The translations under genes and the position numbers were made by a program. This document shows, one piece after another, positions 36,875 through 49,382 of a stretch of 64,000 bases of DNA (positions within the stretch are counted from its first letter, which is position 1; each line of letters starts with the position of its first letter). This DNA comes from Auanema rhodensis. Taxonomy: Eukaryota > Animalia > Nematoda. The notes under the pieces were generated by a model that did no database searches, had not been told where the DNA came from, and saw only the letters and a program-made list of their open reading frames with translations. The stretch spans positions 16,120,001-16,184,000 of the forward strand of contig OZ059896.1 of assembly GCA_964057225.1 (NCBI GenBank), in the 5' to 3' direction.

Positions 36875-39800
36875 TGTGACAAGAAAAAGAAAGAGGTACA
36901 GAACGAGAGAGAGAGAGAGAAAAAAGGTATAAAATCGGAAATACAACCATTCTACAAGTATACAATTATATAAAATTAGAATATGACTTATAGCTATTTG
37001 AACGTTTACATCTATTTGGCGTAACTCACGTCTAATTAGAATACAAAAATTAATGAGAATATATATGTAAAAATTAGCATATAAACGATGAAAATATTAG
37101 GATGCTAGCAGTTGTAAATACTATATAAAGTCTGATTAAACTGTGTGTTTATTCGGATGGCCCATCTGCTCTATAATATTATTTGGGAAGCAGAGATGGC
37201 TAGCAGAAGTTACGCCAGAGTCACGACCTAGGATTGCTTCATTCTAACAGAATAAGAAAAAATAACAAATTGTTTGTTGTTATAAAAATGCATATTGATT
37301 GTTTTATGGTTCTTATAAATGGTTCCGAATTGTATGTTGATGGCATCTATTGGTGAAGGCAATAGATCTTGAGAAAGAAGTGCCGCATTCTCTGTTTTTT
37401 GTATCCCATTGAATAGCACAAGCACGTGTATATCCAAATGGGCTCGAATTGTGCGGCTAGGTGCAATGTGTAGGATGAAAGAGAGAATTGATGCTAATGG
37501 ACTTGCTATGAGCAGCAATCCCCCCGCTCTTGTATACCTTTGTAATAGGGGCCAAGAATGCCATTCATTTGATTTGGCTAGTCATCAGCATTCATTTTGT
37601 TGGGCCGGTAAGCCTTCATCATACTGTCTCATTCTTTCTCTATTGCCTCATTCTCTCTCACCTATACTCTCTTCTACCTTTTCCATCTCTTCAGTCTTCT
37701 ATCTTTCTTTTTACCTATCTTGGTTGTGTAGTTAAACCCTTTGGGATAATTGTCCTGACGAAGTGTGATCAGGCCATATGTAATTATTGGTAGGATTAGT
37801 TGTAATTCGAATAATGTCTGTATGCTGGTGAAGTGACGGTGATGTGACAAAGGTATGGAAAAGGAAACATCAAACCAAATACTAGAATTAATTATCCTTC
37901 GGGCAACACATGATGTTGTTGTCACATTATCCTCAATAAATTGACTAAGAGACGGGAAGGGGGCAGAAATCAAAAAGTTAAATCGAAAAATAAGTAAATG
38001 AGAAACTAAGAAACTAAAAGTTCAATTTTAGGTCGGTCTAACTTGCTTTTTTCTTTCAGGAAGTTCATTCCATTGTTGATGATCTATCTATCCGACTCGG
38101 AGCTGTTGGAGAAGATTGGCTAACAACTAGTGCGGTTTCTCCAAAATACTTTGAATTTACTCCAATTGAGATGTTTGCTATTACGGAAAGGCTACGTCTG
38201 GCAGAACCTACTGCACCAGGTTTGTTAAACTATTCTGAACATTCGCTGAAGACATGTGAGCAAGCAATTTATGTCATCGTTTATAAGCAAAAATTTCTTC
38301 GCAATTTCACTAAGCTCATTCTCAACTCTCGATTACTCACATACACACGCACACACATGGTCAATATCTAGCAGAAATGAAAGTCTATTAACGGAGACAT
38401 TATTTTGTTACTTGTAATTGAAAAAAGCCAATTCTGAAGCATCATTAGACGTTGTGACAAAATTTAATTTACCAATAGAATGTGTTGCTCTCAGACTTGC
38501 TTCTTATCTGAGGTTTCCAGATCCGAAGATGGCTGCTGATATTGGCAACACAATCGACTTTCTGCATCGAGTTCGCGCTCTGAAGGTGCGCAACAATTTT
38601 TTTTGGATTGAATATATATTGGAAGAATTTAGATTAGAGGTGCAAAAGGATATGTTGGAACATCGAATATAGTGTGGAATTCACTGGAATTTAGTCTCCA
38701 ATTTTGTAAAAATTTATTAGCTTTATGGGTAGGTTATGTTATATTTATGAGGAAAATGTAAAAAAGTTATGAGAAAATCCGTACCCGAGTAATGGCTGGT
38801 AGTTAATCTAAAAATTATGAGAAATATAACTGAAATATAATTTATGTTGCAGATTACGGATTCAGATGTAGCACGAGTAAAAGCTATTCATAGTCTCAGT
38901 GATAGCTTACGTAGAATTGTTATTCATTATTCTATGAGACAAATAAAGGTAAAATTAAAAAAAAAATAGTCGTAAAGGAGATAGAAAGCGAATGAGAAAG
39001 CGAGAGCAAGGGAGAAAGATTGAAACATAACTGGCGACGTCTCGAAGCACTTTTCAGGATCTTCTACTTGATGAAGAACCTCCTATTCCAATTTCCGAGA
39101 TGCAGCCTTGGACAAGCTTGGAAGAAGCTGATTTTTCGTTTAATGAAGTAGAAGAACTAGATGAAACAGTGGTACGGAAGTTTGTTTTTCATTCGCTCAA
39201 TACAAGTTGTTATGTATTTTAGCGACTACTGGGCCAGATACAGATACTTAACCTTTCTCATAATAGCTTAAGGGTTAGTTAACAATTATATTTTGTTAAA
39301 ATGCGAAATTAGTTGAAGTCAAATGAGCAAATTTCCCTTTCAGGATATTGGACCCCATTTGCAACATTTGACCAATTTGACTGAACTTAATTTATCTCAT
39401 AATAACATTAGCTGTGTAAAGAATTGGAATCTTGTGTTGGGAAACATCAAAAAACTCATATTATCTGGGAACCAAATTGAAAATGTAGAAGGTAATGCTC
39501 ATTTTGCTCTTAAAAGTGAAACAACTAATTAGAAATCAGTTCAGCTAATTTGGCCGTTTTCTCATAAAAAGCTATTTTTAGGTCTTTGCAAATTATATTC
39601 ACTAGAATATCTTGATTTGAAAGAGAACAAAATAGAAAATGTCGAAGATATGAATTCTCTTGGACGCTTGCCTTGTTTGGAAGTTTTAATTTTACGAACA
39701 AATCCAATAAGAAAAATTGTGGATTATCGAAGCAAAGTGTTGGAAGTATTTGGGGAAAGAGCTAAAGAGGTCAGCAAGATTCTTTCGTAACCATATATAT

Positions 39801-40113
39801 AAATGATGACATAAAATATTTGTTTTCCTTACTATTAAATCAGTATTATATAACATGATGGGCTAACATAAGGAATGTCCTTTTGTTTAGATCAAATTAG
39901 ACAGTCGCCTGGCAGATGCGCGGGAATTGGATACTGTTCGAGTCAGATTAGCTTTGCGACAAGCTAAGCTTGAGAAAGAGGAGAAGGAGCGTAAACGACG
40001 AGAAAAGATTGAAGAAAGAATAAGGTAATGAAGCAGTTTGTTAAATTTTAATGGAAGTATATTGCAGATATATCAGTGGCGAAGTGGACTCGCTTAAACC
40101 TGGCTCGTTCTGA
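27175..40113 (+). CDS. nish-1: Nischarin (PX domain + LRR + coiled coil); intron 3 spans ~27811-38059
   Basis: PX motifs WTIERRYSEF, LPPKKLVGN and FLEERKRELEKY; exons resume in frame at ~38060 (EVHSIVDDL); LRRs (LNLSHN, LDLKENKI); stop TGA at 40111-40113. Confidence 0.88.
28235..33365 (-). CDS. TMEM121/CECR6-family multi-pass membrane protein nested antisense in the nish-1 intron; 5' exons tentative
   Basis: Core exons 28235-30029 encode LLDYYYL, YAWIGWFVYS, LDLIDNIDF, NFVMPTFTL, VNGPVLGLR and IKNVIMI. Phase-compatible upstream exons lie at 32176-32241 and 33353-33365 (MDIG). Confidence 0.75.
34717..34726. promoter_or_regulatory. COE/UNC-3-type palindrome TCCCTCGGGA
   Basis: Exact TCCCNNGGGA, ~1.35 kb upstream of the putative TMEM121 start. 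Confidence 0.4.
36469..36920. repeat. (TA)n and (GA)n microsatellites
   Basis: (TA)n at ~36469-36495 and ~36835-36871; (GA)n at ~36905-36920. Confidence 0.9.
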
Positions 40114-41357
40114 GCTGCTGGCGATACTGATGCTGTTGTTGGGTTATGAGCGGGGTGCGTTGAGCGTACTTCACAAATCAACAAATATCATTTTTTATTT
40201 TGAAAATTTATATTTACCTCCGCCTCATCACAGAATTGAAAGCTTAACAGCTTGAAATGAATGCTGTGTTGAGGCTAATGAATTAGAATGGATATATATA
40301 TATATCATTCTGCATGTATTATAAACCTTGCTTCTAGTGTAGCATATCTGCGTCTTTCATACGGGTTTTTTTCTTAACAAGCCCTCCCATTTATACTACC
40401 ACCTACTTTTACTATTACTACTGCTATCTATTTATATCACTAATTACGGAAGATCCTTTGTAATACAAATTATTTTATTTCGTATTTTATATCTAAATAG
40501 CCATTTATATTCGACGTTTTTTCCTTTCTCCACTTCCTTCATCATAATAATATTTTTTCCCCAAAAAAGAACATATTTTGCTATAATTTGTTAGAAATTC
40601 TGTATATGGTGCATGCTGAGTTATTTAAATATGTATAAGAGTGATTTTCTAGAATATGTGTTTTGTTTATCACATTACTTATGTTTCCACATATATTTAA
40701 AAGAAATACCTTTTCCTTTTATTTAAATGTTCTTTTAAAAATATTCTGTAGAAGTGAGTGGTATAACATAGTTCACTTAAATATAGTAGTACAAAGTAGT
40801 ACAAAGTAGTTTAGTATTAGAACAAACATTTACTCTTTTGTCATGATATATTCCATTTATTTTCAGATATTTATCTTTAATTCTTTTTCATATATTTTAA
40901 AAATTGGCATAAGTTTATAACATTCAGATCTGAAATAGGCTGTGTGATCTGAGAGAAATGACTCGTAATGACAATACACGAAACATATGAGGTGATTTAG
41001 ATGTTTTGAGTATACAAACAAACCAACTTAACAGTGAACGACAAAAAGAGAGCCACGAAGCTAAGAGAAAGAGAGGGAGAGAGAGAGAGATAGTGGGGTG
41101 ATGGTTAAGTGAAGAAGCTTCATAACTTGTTTTTGAGATAAGTAGAAAGTGGAAATTGCAAGGTGAAATGATGAAGGGGAGAGAGCAACGAGGTGTTATG
41201 CGAGTAAAATTTAATTTTCAGGCATTTTGTTGTTGATATTCAGGTGGAAAATAATTTTAACAGTGATACTATGACACCATAACTTAGACGAAAGTAATTC
41301 GGAGAATATGATATAGAGATTTTGGCGATTAGCTGGCTAATTTGATTACCAAAGTTA

Positions 41358-44300
41358 TTAACGATGTGAATACCTGATTCAAAGAAAATCATAAAAGAAA
41401 TTAAAAATAGCAAGTTTGATGATTATTCTCGATCAATATATTCCCTATAAATGGGCAAATTAACCATATTTGCTAGAGAAAAATGAGATGCTTACATGCT
41501 CATATAGTTATTAACTAAGTAGGATTGATACTGAGGGGTTGGTGGCATGTATCTCAAGATATTCAGTACATCAGTTGGAGTTTTGCCATGTCGTTTCATC
41601 AGTCTTGACAATTCAATTTCAAATGGCTCTTCCTGTATGTAAATTTTAATTTCAATATTGAAAAAAGATCACGAACTGGAATTGGCGGTTCATATGAAAT
41701 TGGTAAGAGGTTTGTATTTCCTGATGACAGTTGACTTTGATAACTAGAATGATGCGAAAGTGGTCCGTGATGGTTACGAACTAGATCAGAATCTAATGTA
41801 GGAGTTGAGGCAGTAGGAGGTGGAGAATTGAATGTGGTTAAGCACGTTACTACAGCTATTCGAAGAGGAGCAAAGCTAAAACATGATATTAGCATATATG
41901 AGATCACAAATTATACAACATTACCTAACATCTGTTACATTTTCAATTGGTCCACCATGAGTAATATTAGAAAGAACAACTTTTTCCTACAAAATAAATG
42001 TATAAAATATAACGATTTGAGCTTTTAAACAAGCCTTAATCTTATTCTGAGTTAATTTATATCGAGTAATTAGTTCTTGAATACTAACAAGTTCATTTCT
42101 TGCTGTTATAACATAATCTATCTGAAAAAATGGAAGTTTATATCATAAAAGAAAAGGAAAAGTTATAGAAACCTTGGATGATTCAGCTATATCTACCATA
42201 TATTCAAAAATACTTTTAGCTTGTAACCGCTTCAAGTCTATTGGCTCTAAATGTACAACAATTCCCTGAGAATTTTTGATTGTTATACAAATACTTCCTA
42301 AAAAATTTTTTTATTATAATTTAAAATATAATTATCATTTAAATTATAAGAAATATAATTAAATATAAATAAAAAATTATAGAAACCTCCTATTACATAT
42401 GAAATTCGTAAACACATCACAGATAAATGTGGTTCCATTAAAGTTTCAATCTAAAATATTAATATTTGAAAATGAAAAGAATATGTAATGGACGAACCAC
42501 ACCAATATCATTAAAACCTAATAAGATATGATCATTCCACAAAGTTCGTACAGTTGTTCGACCATCTTGATAAATTTGTAAAACTTCTAATAATCCTGAG
42601 AACATAAAGTATAATTAATATAATTATATTATAATAATTATCTTTACCTCTCCATATACTGAATCGCATTTGATTACTATCGACATCATACCGTAAATGA
42701 GGACATAATACGTTCTTGAAAGTTACAAAACGTTCTCTATCTGAATTCATGTGTTTTGAAATATGAATATTTTGAGGAAAGTTGGGTTTACCTGGTTGTT
42801 GAACGCCAGTTCTACAGTAATCACATTCGAGCTTCTCCTCCAAAAGTTGAAAGTCGGAGTCAGATAGTGGACGTTTGACGGCAGCATTCACCAGGAAATA
42901 CGATGTGTAAAGTTTGACAAATCGAGACCACTCAACACCTAAGAATAGTAACATATCTGTTTAGTTGAAGAGCTTTTACAGTATTATCTACAAATAATTT
43001 TTATTTTGAGTATAAAAAGTACCTTTTGCACACCAATTCAATATTAATCCCTCAACGTTACGTAGACCATACAGCCAGAAGCATGTAGCTGTATATGAAC
43101 TCATCATACGTTGAACTTGACAATCCTAAACAACTGTTGAGTTAGTCATCTTAATTCCTGTCAACTAAACCTGATTTCTACGAGTAGCGATAGTAAAAGG
43201 CAATGATAATGTTCTCACATAACAAATATCACCTGAGGGCCCGAACATCATACCACATGTATAGAAGTAGAAAAGTGGTCGTTTGCCAGTATTTGCAAGT
43301 CTTGTATCCAATAGCACCGTATCCTATCAACAAACAGTTGCCAATTAATGATTATTTTTGAGAAATAATACCTTTTGCCTTGTTGTGCAAAGTAAATGAG
43401 GATAGTGGGCTTGCCAACATCCATTTTGCTCATCCCACGATGGTTGAATGGATACAGACTCTCGACTGTTCACATCAGACTTCTTATGAGCTGTATTTCC
43501 TCCATCTATTATAATATTAAGAATATAAATAATGAAAATATTGATGAACTAACCAGCATTAGCTGTAGCATTATTGCGTTTAACGCCAGAAGTTGGTTTA
43601 ACTGCTAATAAAGCAGCCGAAAGAAAAGTACTAGGGAGTGTTTGTGTAATATATCCTCGACGTGTTGAAATAACATGATTCTGAAATTGAACAACAATAC
43701 AAAGTTTAATATAATCATTTAATTTAATGAATAGATTCAACCGGATGCACTATTAATTGTTTATAAAATGAAACTTGAAAGGAATGACGTCAACGCCACG
43801 TGATTCACAACGTGATCTTACTACACAAAACGAGATAAATATTTATCAAGTAAATCATTATTTTCAAGTTTTTCGTCTTACCTGAATTCCTATTGCAGTA
43901 TCTTCGCTTACTATTTGAACATCAAATTGTTTAAATATGAGGCCAGGAGCTAAACTGGCACAATGGAATGGAAAAAGATTGTTCGTCACTAGTATGGCAG
44001 TTGTAGAGGGCTTAGTAGGTAATAAAGCATCACATACTAAGCGTTCAACAACATTGTAAACCTAGAACAAGAATCCATACATGAAGCATGTTTCGGCCGA
44101 GATCTTACCGTCTTGATTACAGAGCCCACAGGGTCAGGACGCGAAAATCTACTTTTTGACTGGCATGCTTCCCAGCGGAGACCCTAGAAATGATGTTGTC
44201 TCTGGTTTTGAAATGAGAAAAAGCAATAAATACCTACCTGTAATCGTGCAGCCAGTATACCTAATGTATAAAGCATATTACTAAAGTAAGCACATGCCAT

Positions 44301-46959
44301 ATGAATAGCTTCAGTATCTAAATCTGCTTTATTCATCATTCTATCAACCTGTGATAACCTGAAATGAGATGATTGAGCTCAGAAAATGAAGATCACGCTG
44401 TAAAACCTCAGCTTTCGAAGAACTTTAGCATGATTAGATATGCATATATCACTGAATAACTGTAAATATGTAGCTAACTGAAATTATAATGATCAGGAAA
44501 AGATGCAAGTTTTTTTTATTCTACTTCACAAGCTGCAAAATTTTCAATTGCTGATTCAACCAGATTAGATGATCGATCAACTTGGGAATACAAGTCGTGA
44601 AGTACATTGAGTGTTCTCTGATGCTGCTGAAATAAAAAATGTTTTACTACTGAAACGATAGTTTTGTCTAAAACCTCCCAAAATGTTCGCCACTCAGCAG
44701 AATTAATGTCCACAGTTGGTGGTACAGACACATGTCGACTCTACACAAAAATTATATAATATATTAGAAATATATGTATAAATATTGTTTGTATAAACCT
44801 TATTAACAAGCATAACAAGATTTTGATTTAATTGCATTTGAACATGCTCCTCATTAGCTGTTAAGGAGCGAGCTGATAATCTATTCAGGATAGATAGTAA
44901 TGGCCATGTAATCATACACCATTCTTTCTCAAAATGTTCTGTTGTCATACTCTGACTAATGGAAAATAATTCTAAATAATGAAAATAAAAAATTATAAAG
45001 CATAATCATATAACAAACCTTCTATTTTAGCATTATATTTCATAATTAACTGAGTACAGTACTGCATAATAGTTTCAGACGTTTGCATAAAGCTATGTGG
45101 ATTTGTAGTGCTCTCATCTTGAGCTCGTTGTAAAGCGGTAATCTGTAATATCCATATATGATCATATTCTTAAGAACTATACATAACTAGTATAAACATG
45201 TAAATTACAAGCTAATATATTATATTATTATAGTTAAATGTGATAATTGAATAATATATATATAAAGAGGTAATAATTTTCATATCATTTTCGAATCTAA
45301 GTGCCCTTCAACTTTTTATATTTTTATCTTTATTATTGCTCCTCAATAGCTTAATTTTCTATATTATCTTTGTTATATTCTTCTTTTTACTCCACTCATT
45401 CATATTTCTATTCAAAAACATTTTTATTACTGAATAATTGGATAGAATATTCGAGAAAGTATCGAGAAACGTTTGAGGATCACACATAGAAGTGATGCCA
45501 AGCCAACTGCCACAGCTCATATGTTATCATATTGCTTTTTCATAAACATGTGATTGTTTAAGTATACATCATGTTAATGAGCAAGATTATGAATGAGATT
45601 AATTGATAAAAAAAATCTTTAAGAATATTATCAATATCGTTTGAAAATTAAAAATAATTCTGGAAAATATTGAACGAATTGTGATGAGGTCTTCTTATAA
45701 ATTGAATTAGAATCAAAACAATCGAACAAGGATTTGAAGAAAAGACGAAGGTCATGGTTTGAAAACGAAAAAAACCAACATCGCAATTTGAAGACGATGC
45801 TTTTTTCGACGAACATAGAACATTGAGAATTAGAAAAGCCGGTAGTTGTATTTCCCTCAATTACAAATTTAATAGACCATTAAGTGATTGAAATGATTTG
45901 CAAAATGCAACATTTTTCTTGAAATATCTAGAATATTCACCAGGAAAGCTTTTAAAAACGGATGTTTTCAGAGACAATGTTTCAAAATCACATCATATTC
46001 GTATCAGATTCTAAGTATTTTCTCAGTACATGGAAACAATCACTTATGCAACGTGGCTTTTACAAAGGTGCTGCTATATCATTCTGCTCATCGATCTTCT
46101 ATCAGCAAAGGAAGTTATAAACATATCAAAGCAATGATCAAATGATTATTTGAGGAAAAGGGATAATTTTCTTTTTAATTTCGTCATGGAATAGAAATTT
46201 ACATTTCATTTACTTATTTAAATAGAAAAATAGTTATTTCTTGTTGAAGAGTACAAAGGAACCATGAATGTATCAAATATATATATAATCAATAATCTTT
46301 TTCCTCAAAAAGCGAAATAAAATACTTGTTTCCATCAAATAATTTAGAATGTAATATTTATAAATTTACTCTTGTACACTTATAATAATAAAAAAATGTC
46401 TAATATAGCCTCAGAATGTTGTTTTGCTTTTAAATTGTCATTTCAACACAATAGGCATAAGCGTGAAGTTGTAGTAACATCACGTGAATCATACACTTCC
46501 ATTGTCAGGAAAAAATCAAAAAGATGGAAAAGAAGCTTCGTTTTAGTAGCGAAAAATTCTTGTTCGTAGTATGATTTTGAGGGAGAAAATGAGAATAAAA
46601 AAGATTTTAACGGAAGACAAATTGCCAAAAGCATCACCTAGTTTTGAGGAAGAACATTAACAGATTGATGAGCAATAATCATATAAAATATCTATATATC
46701 TTCTGGGCAAATGACGAAAATGGCAAATGATGGGAACGAGTTTGAATAGCAATAAACTGAAACAAATCAAGCTGTTAAGAAGAAATAAGAATAAAACAAC
46801 ATTAAACTAAGAACAAATATGTTTGCAAGAGATAAATATGAAGAGAAAATATTGAAAAACTAAGAAATAAAAGAAAAATATGAAAATTTTGATGTTTCTT
46901 ACCAGATCATGAATTAATTTTTGAAAAGATTCGTATATCGGCTGGGCCGGAGTTGTCAT
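41358..46959 (-). CDS. Divergent STAT-family protein (coiled coil, DNA-binding, linker, SH2)
   Basis: [14 protein letters not shown]...YTATCFW...VEWSRF...[15 protein letters not shown] and FSIWRGLLEVL...[10 protein letters not shown]...[14 protein letters not shown] parallel STAT5 TLSLPVVV...ATVLW...RGLTKENLVFLAQKL and WNDGAILGF...LLRFS...GGITI. The start (MTTPAQ) is tentative. Confidence 0.8.
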
Positions 46960-49382
46960 ACCGCATCCAGAAATAGGTGAATACTTGCTTACTAGCACTG
47001 ACAGCCTTTCTTCTTAAAACTCTGAACATGGTATATACTACTTGAAACTGATAATATATATATATATATATATATAAAGAGAGAGAGAGAGAGAGAAGAT
47101 AAAAAGAAAAAGAAGAATTAGATAAACAAACAAAGAAAAAAACAAAGTTGGGAATCAAAGTTTATAAAAATGAATTTCAAATTGGACTTATTAAAAAGTA
47201 AGTAAAACTAAAAAAAGATGTATGGTTATTAGAAAAAAAAATTTTTTAAATTTCAGATAAAAATTAGTACCAAGCAAAAAGTCATGAAAATTTATAGTTT
47301 ATGAATAGAATAATTAAAACCCATTAAAACGAAGCAATGCAATTCATCTATAAACGATTATACAGTAAAAGGATTATTCATTTAGGGTTCGTACTTTGCC
47401 TGATAGTAGCATCCGGTTAGTTAAGCTTTAGCTTTATTATCAATGAAATTTGTATGATGGCATGGATTCTATTTGGTGCAATACGGCTGAACAGTTAACA
47501 GGAAAATTATTTTAAAAAATCTAATCCATGCTATAGGGCATAACTAGAGCAAGTTAAGGTTTTTAAACAATTTTGAGACATAGCATCAGATGAATATAAT
47601 ACTTTATTGAAGATGCCACGTTGCTGCATTTTGAACTACCAAATATTTCATATCTTATATCTTGTCATTGTCAAAATGGAGACATGGTTGACGTTGAAAA
47701 ACTGATGGAGAGCGGAACCAATGATGGAACGACGTTCAGCCATCCAACTTTAGAAAATAAAAAATAACACAAAAATGATATAATTAGTAAGGTAGAACGA
47801 GAAAGATCTAGAATACTAAATGCCTTAGATTAAATTCACCGACTATTTCAGCTTACCGCAAAGTTTTCAAATCGTTTTGATAAGAGTGAACTGGGTGGCG
47901 CTTTGGCCTTAGTGATTGTCGTATCATTTCCTAACAATAATCGATAATTTTGCCCTAACTATCAATCAAACAATCAGATGAAATAAGAAAAAGAATAAAA
48001 AAAAAGAAGAAGAAGAAGGAGATGAAGACGAAGACGACTACAACTATGGTTATGAAGACAACTACGGGCAAAGATTACAGTGTCAGATGGCTCGTTGCCC
48101 ACATTCAAACTGTTTGTCGGATATCATAACGGGCACTACATCTGATGAAAGACATAGCCTTCGTGAACTAAACGATCCGGTAGAATGGAATTCAATTCGG
48201 ATGGAGATAGATATGATAAAACAAAAAAAGTGACTAGTTTTAACATCAGGAAAATCGAGACCTTAAAACAGACACATACGCATACATATACAAGAGAGGA
48301 CCGGGAAATCAATAGAACAGGCCTATTGATAAGCCGGAATGAACTGGATGAACATTCCAACTATCATAAGGAACAACCAAAACAGGCGTGTTTCCACGGT
48401 CTTTCTCGGTACATTGTCTACTATTCTCTTCTCTGCCTATCTAGTGATCAAGTATCACCCCTGAAAGACGGGTTTATGCTGAGTTTGTGAGAGCTGTCAC
48501 TCTCTCGGTAGGCATTTACTGAACTCATCGAATGACAACAAAAACAAAGAAGAAGAACAATCCGATATATAAGAGAAAAAGAAAAGAAATACAGTTGGTA
48601 TGAAGAAGCAAGGTGTATTCGGCTTGGTCTAGGAGTTAATCTTTACATAAATATCTTGTCTGGCTTTGTAAAAGTAAAAGGTTAACCACTGAGACGAATG
48701 ATTGTTTCGATAAGGTAAGATGATTAGAGCGATTTGTCTGATTTATGATCCTTAATATGGACATTTACAAGTTATCCCAATAAACTAATATGAAGATTGG
48801 AGATTGGAGACTAGGTCAACGGAACAAAGAGCAAGATTGAAAAATATCATAATAATGGAATATATTAAGTATTAAAGCAAGAAGTTACATTACAAGTTGT
48901 TTTTGAAACAGTTTTCTCAATTGTAAAACGTTGCATTTTTGGGAAAAATTTAAATCATGTTCAACGTAAGCATGTAAATGCTCTTCTGAATTTTTCTTTA
49001 CTAAAAAAAGTTTTAATCTTCTGATACTGTACGGAGAAAGCAGACATTTCAGTAATTACGATGCCTTTCGAACTAAATGACAAAAAGAAAAACTTTGAAA
49101 TGCGATTATCAACCTTTGGAGATCAATTGTGTTATTCCTGAAGTAGGAAGTGAAATTTATAGAAAAATTTTAAATAATTTCCTTTTAAATATTATAAAAT
49201 TTATGTATTTATTCTAATGTTCTTACAAAATTTGAGGAACCGTAAAACGGATACACCTAGTAGTTTTAGTATAACAACAACAAATAACAATATGGAATAT
49301 AACAAAACATTTGAAATATCAACAAGATAAAAATTTGGAATTAAACTTAACAAACAATCTTTAACAATACAGTTAATTCATA

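Noticed and set aside
33612-37973. Short ORFs from the track inside the nish-1 intron
   Set aside because: They are low-complexity or microsatellite-driven, with no domain similarity or splice context.
48080-48170. Hairpin next to TGAAAGACAT resembling miR-71
   Set aside because: Only the 5' 10 nt match and they lie mostly outside the stem, so this is not a credible pre-miRNA.
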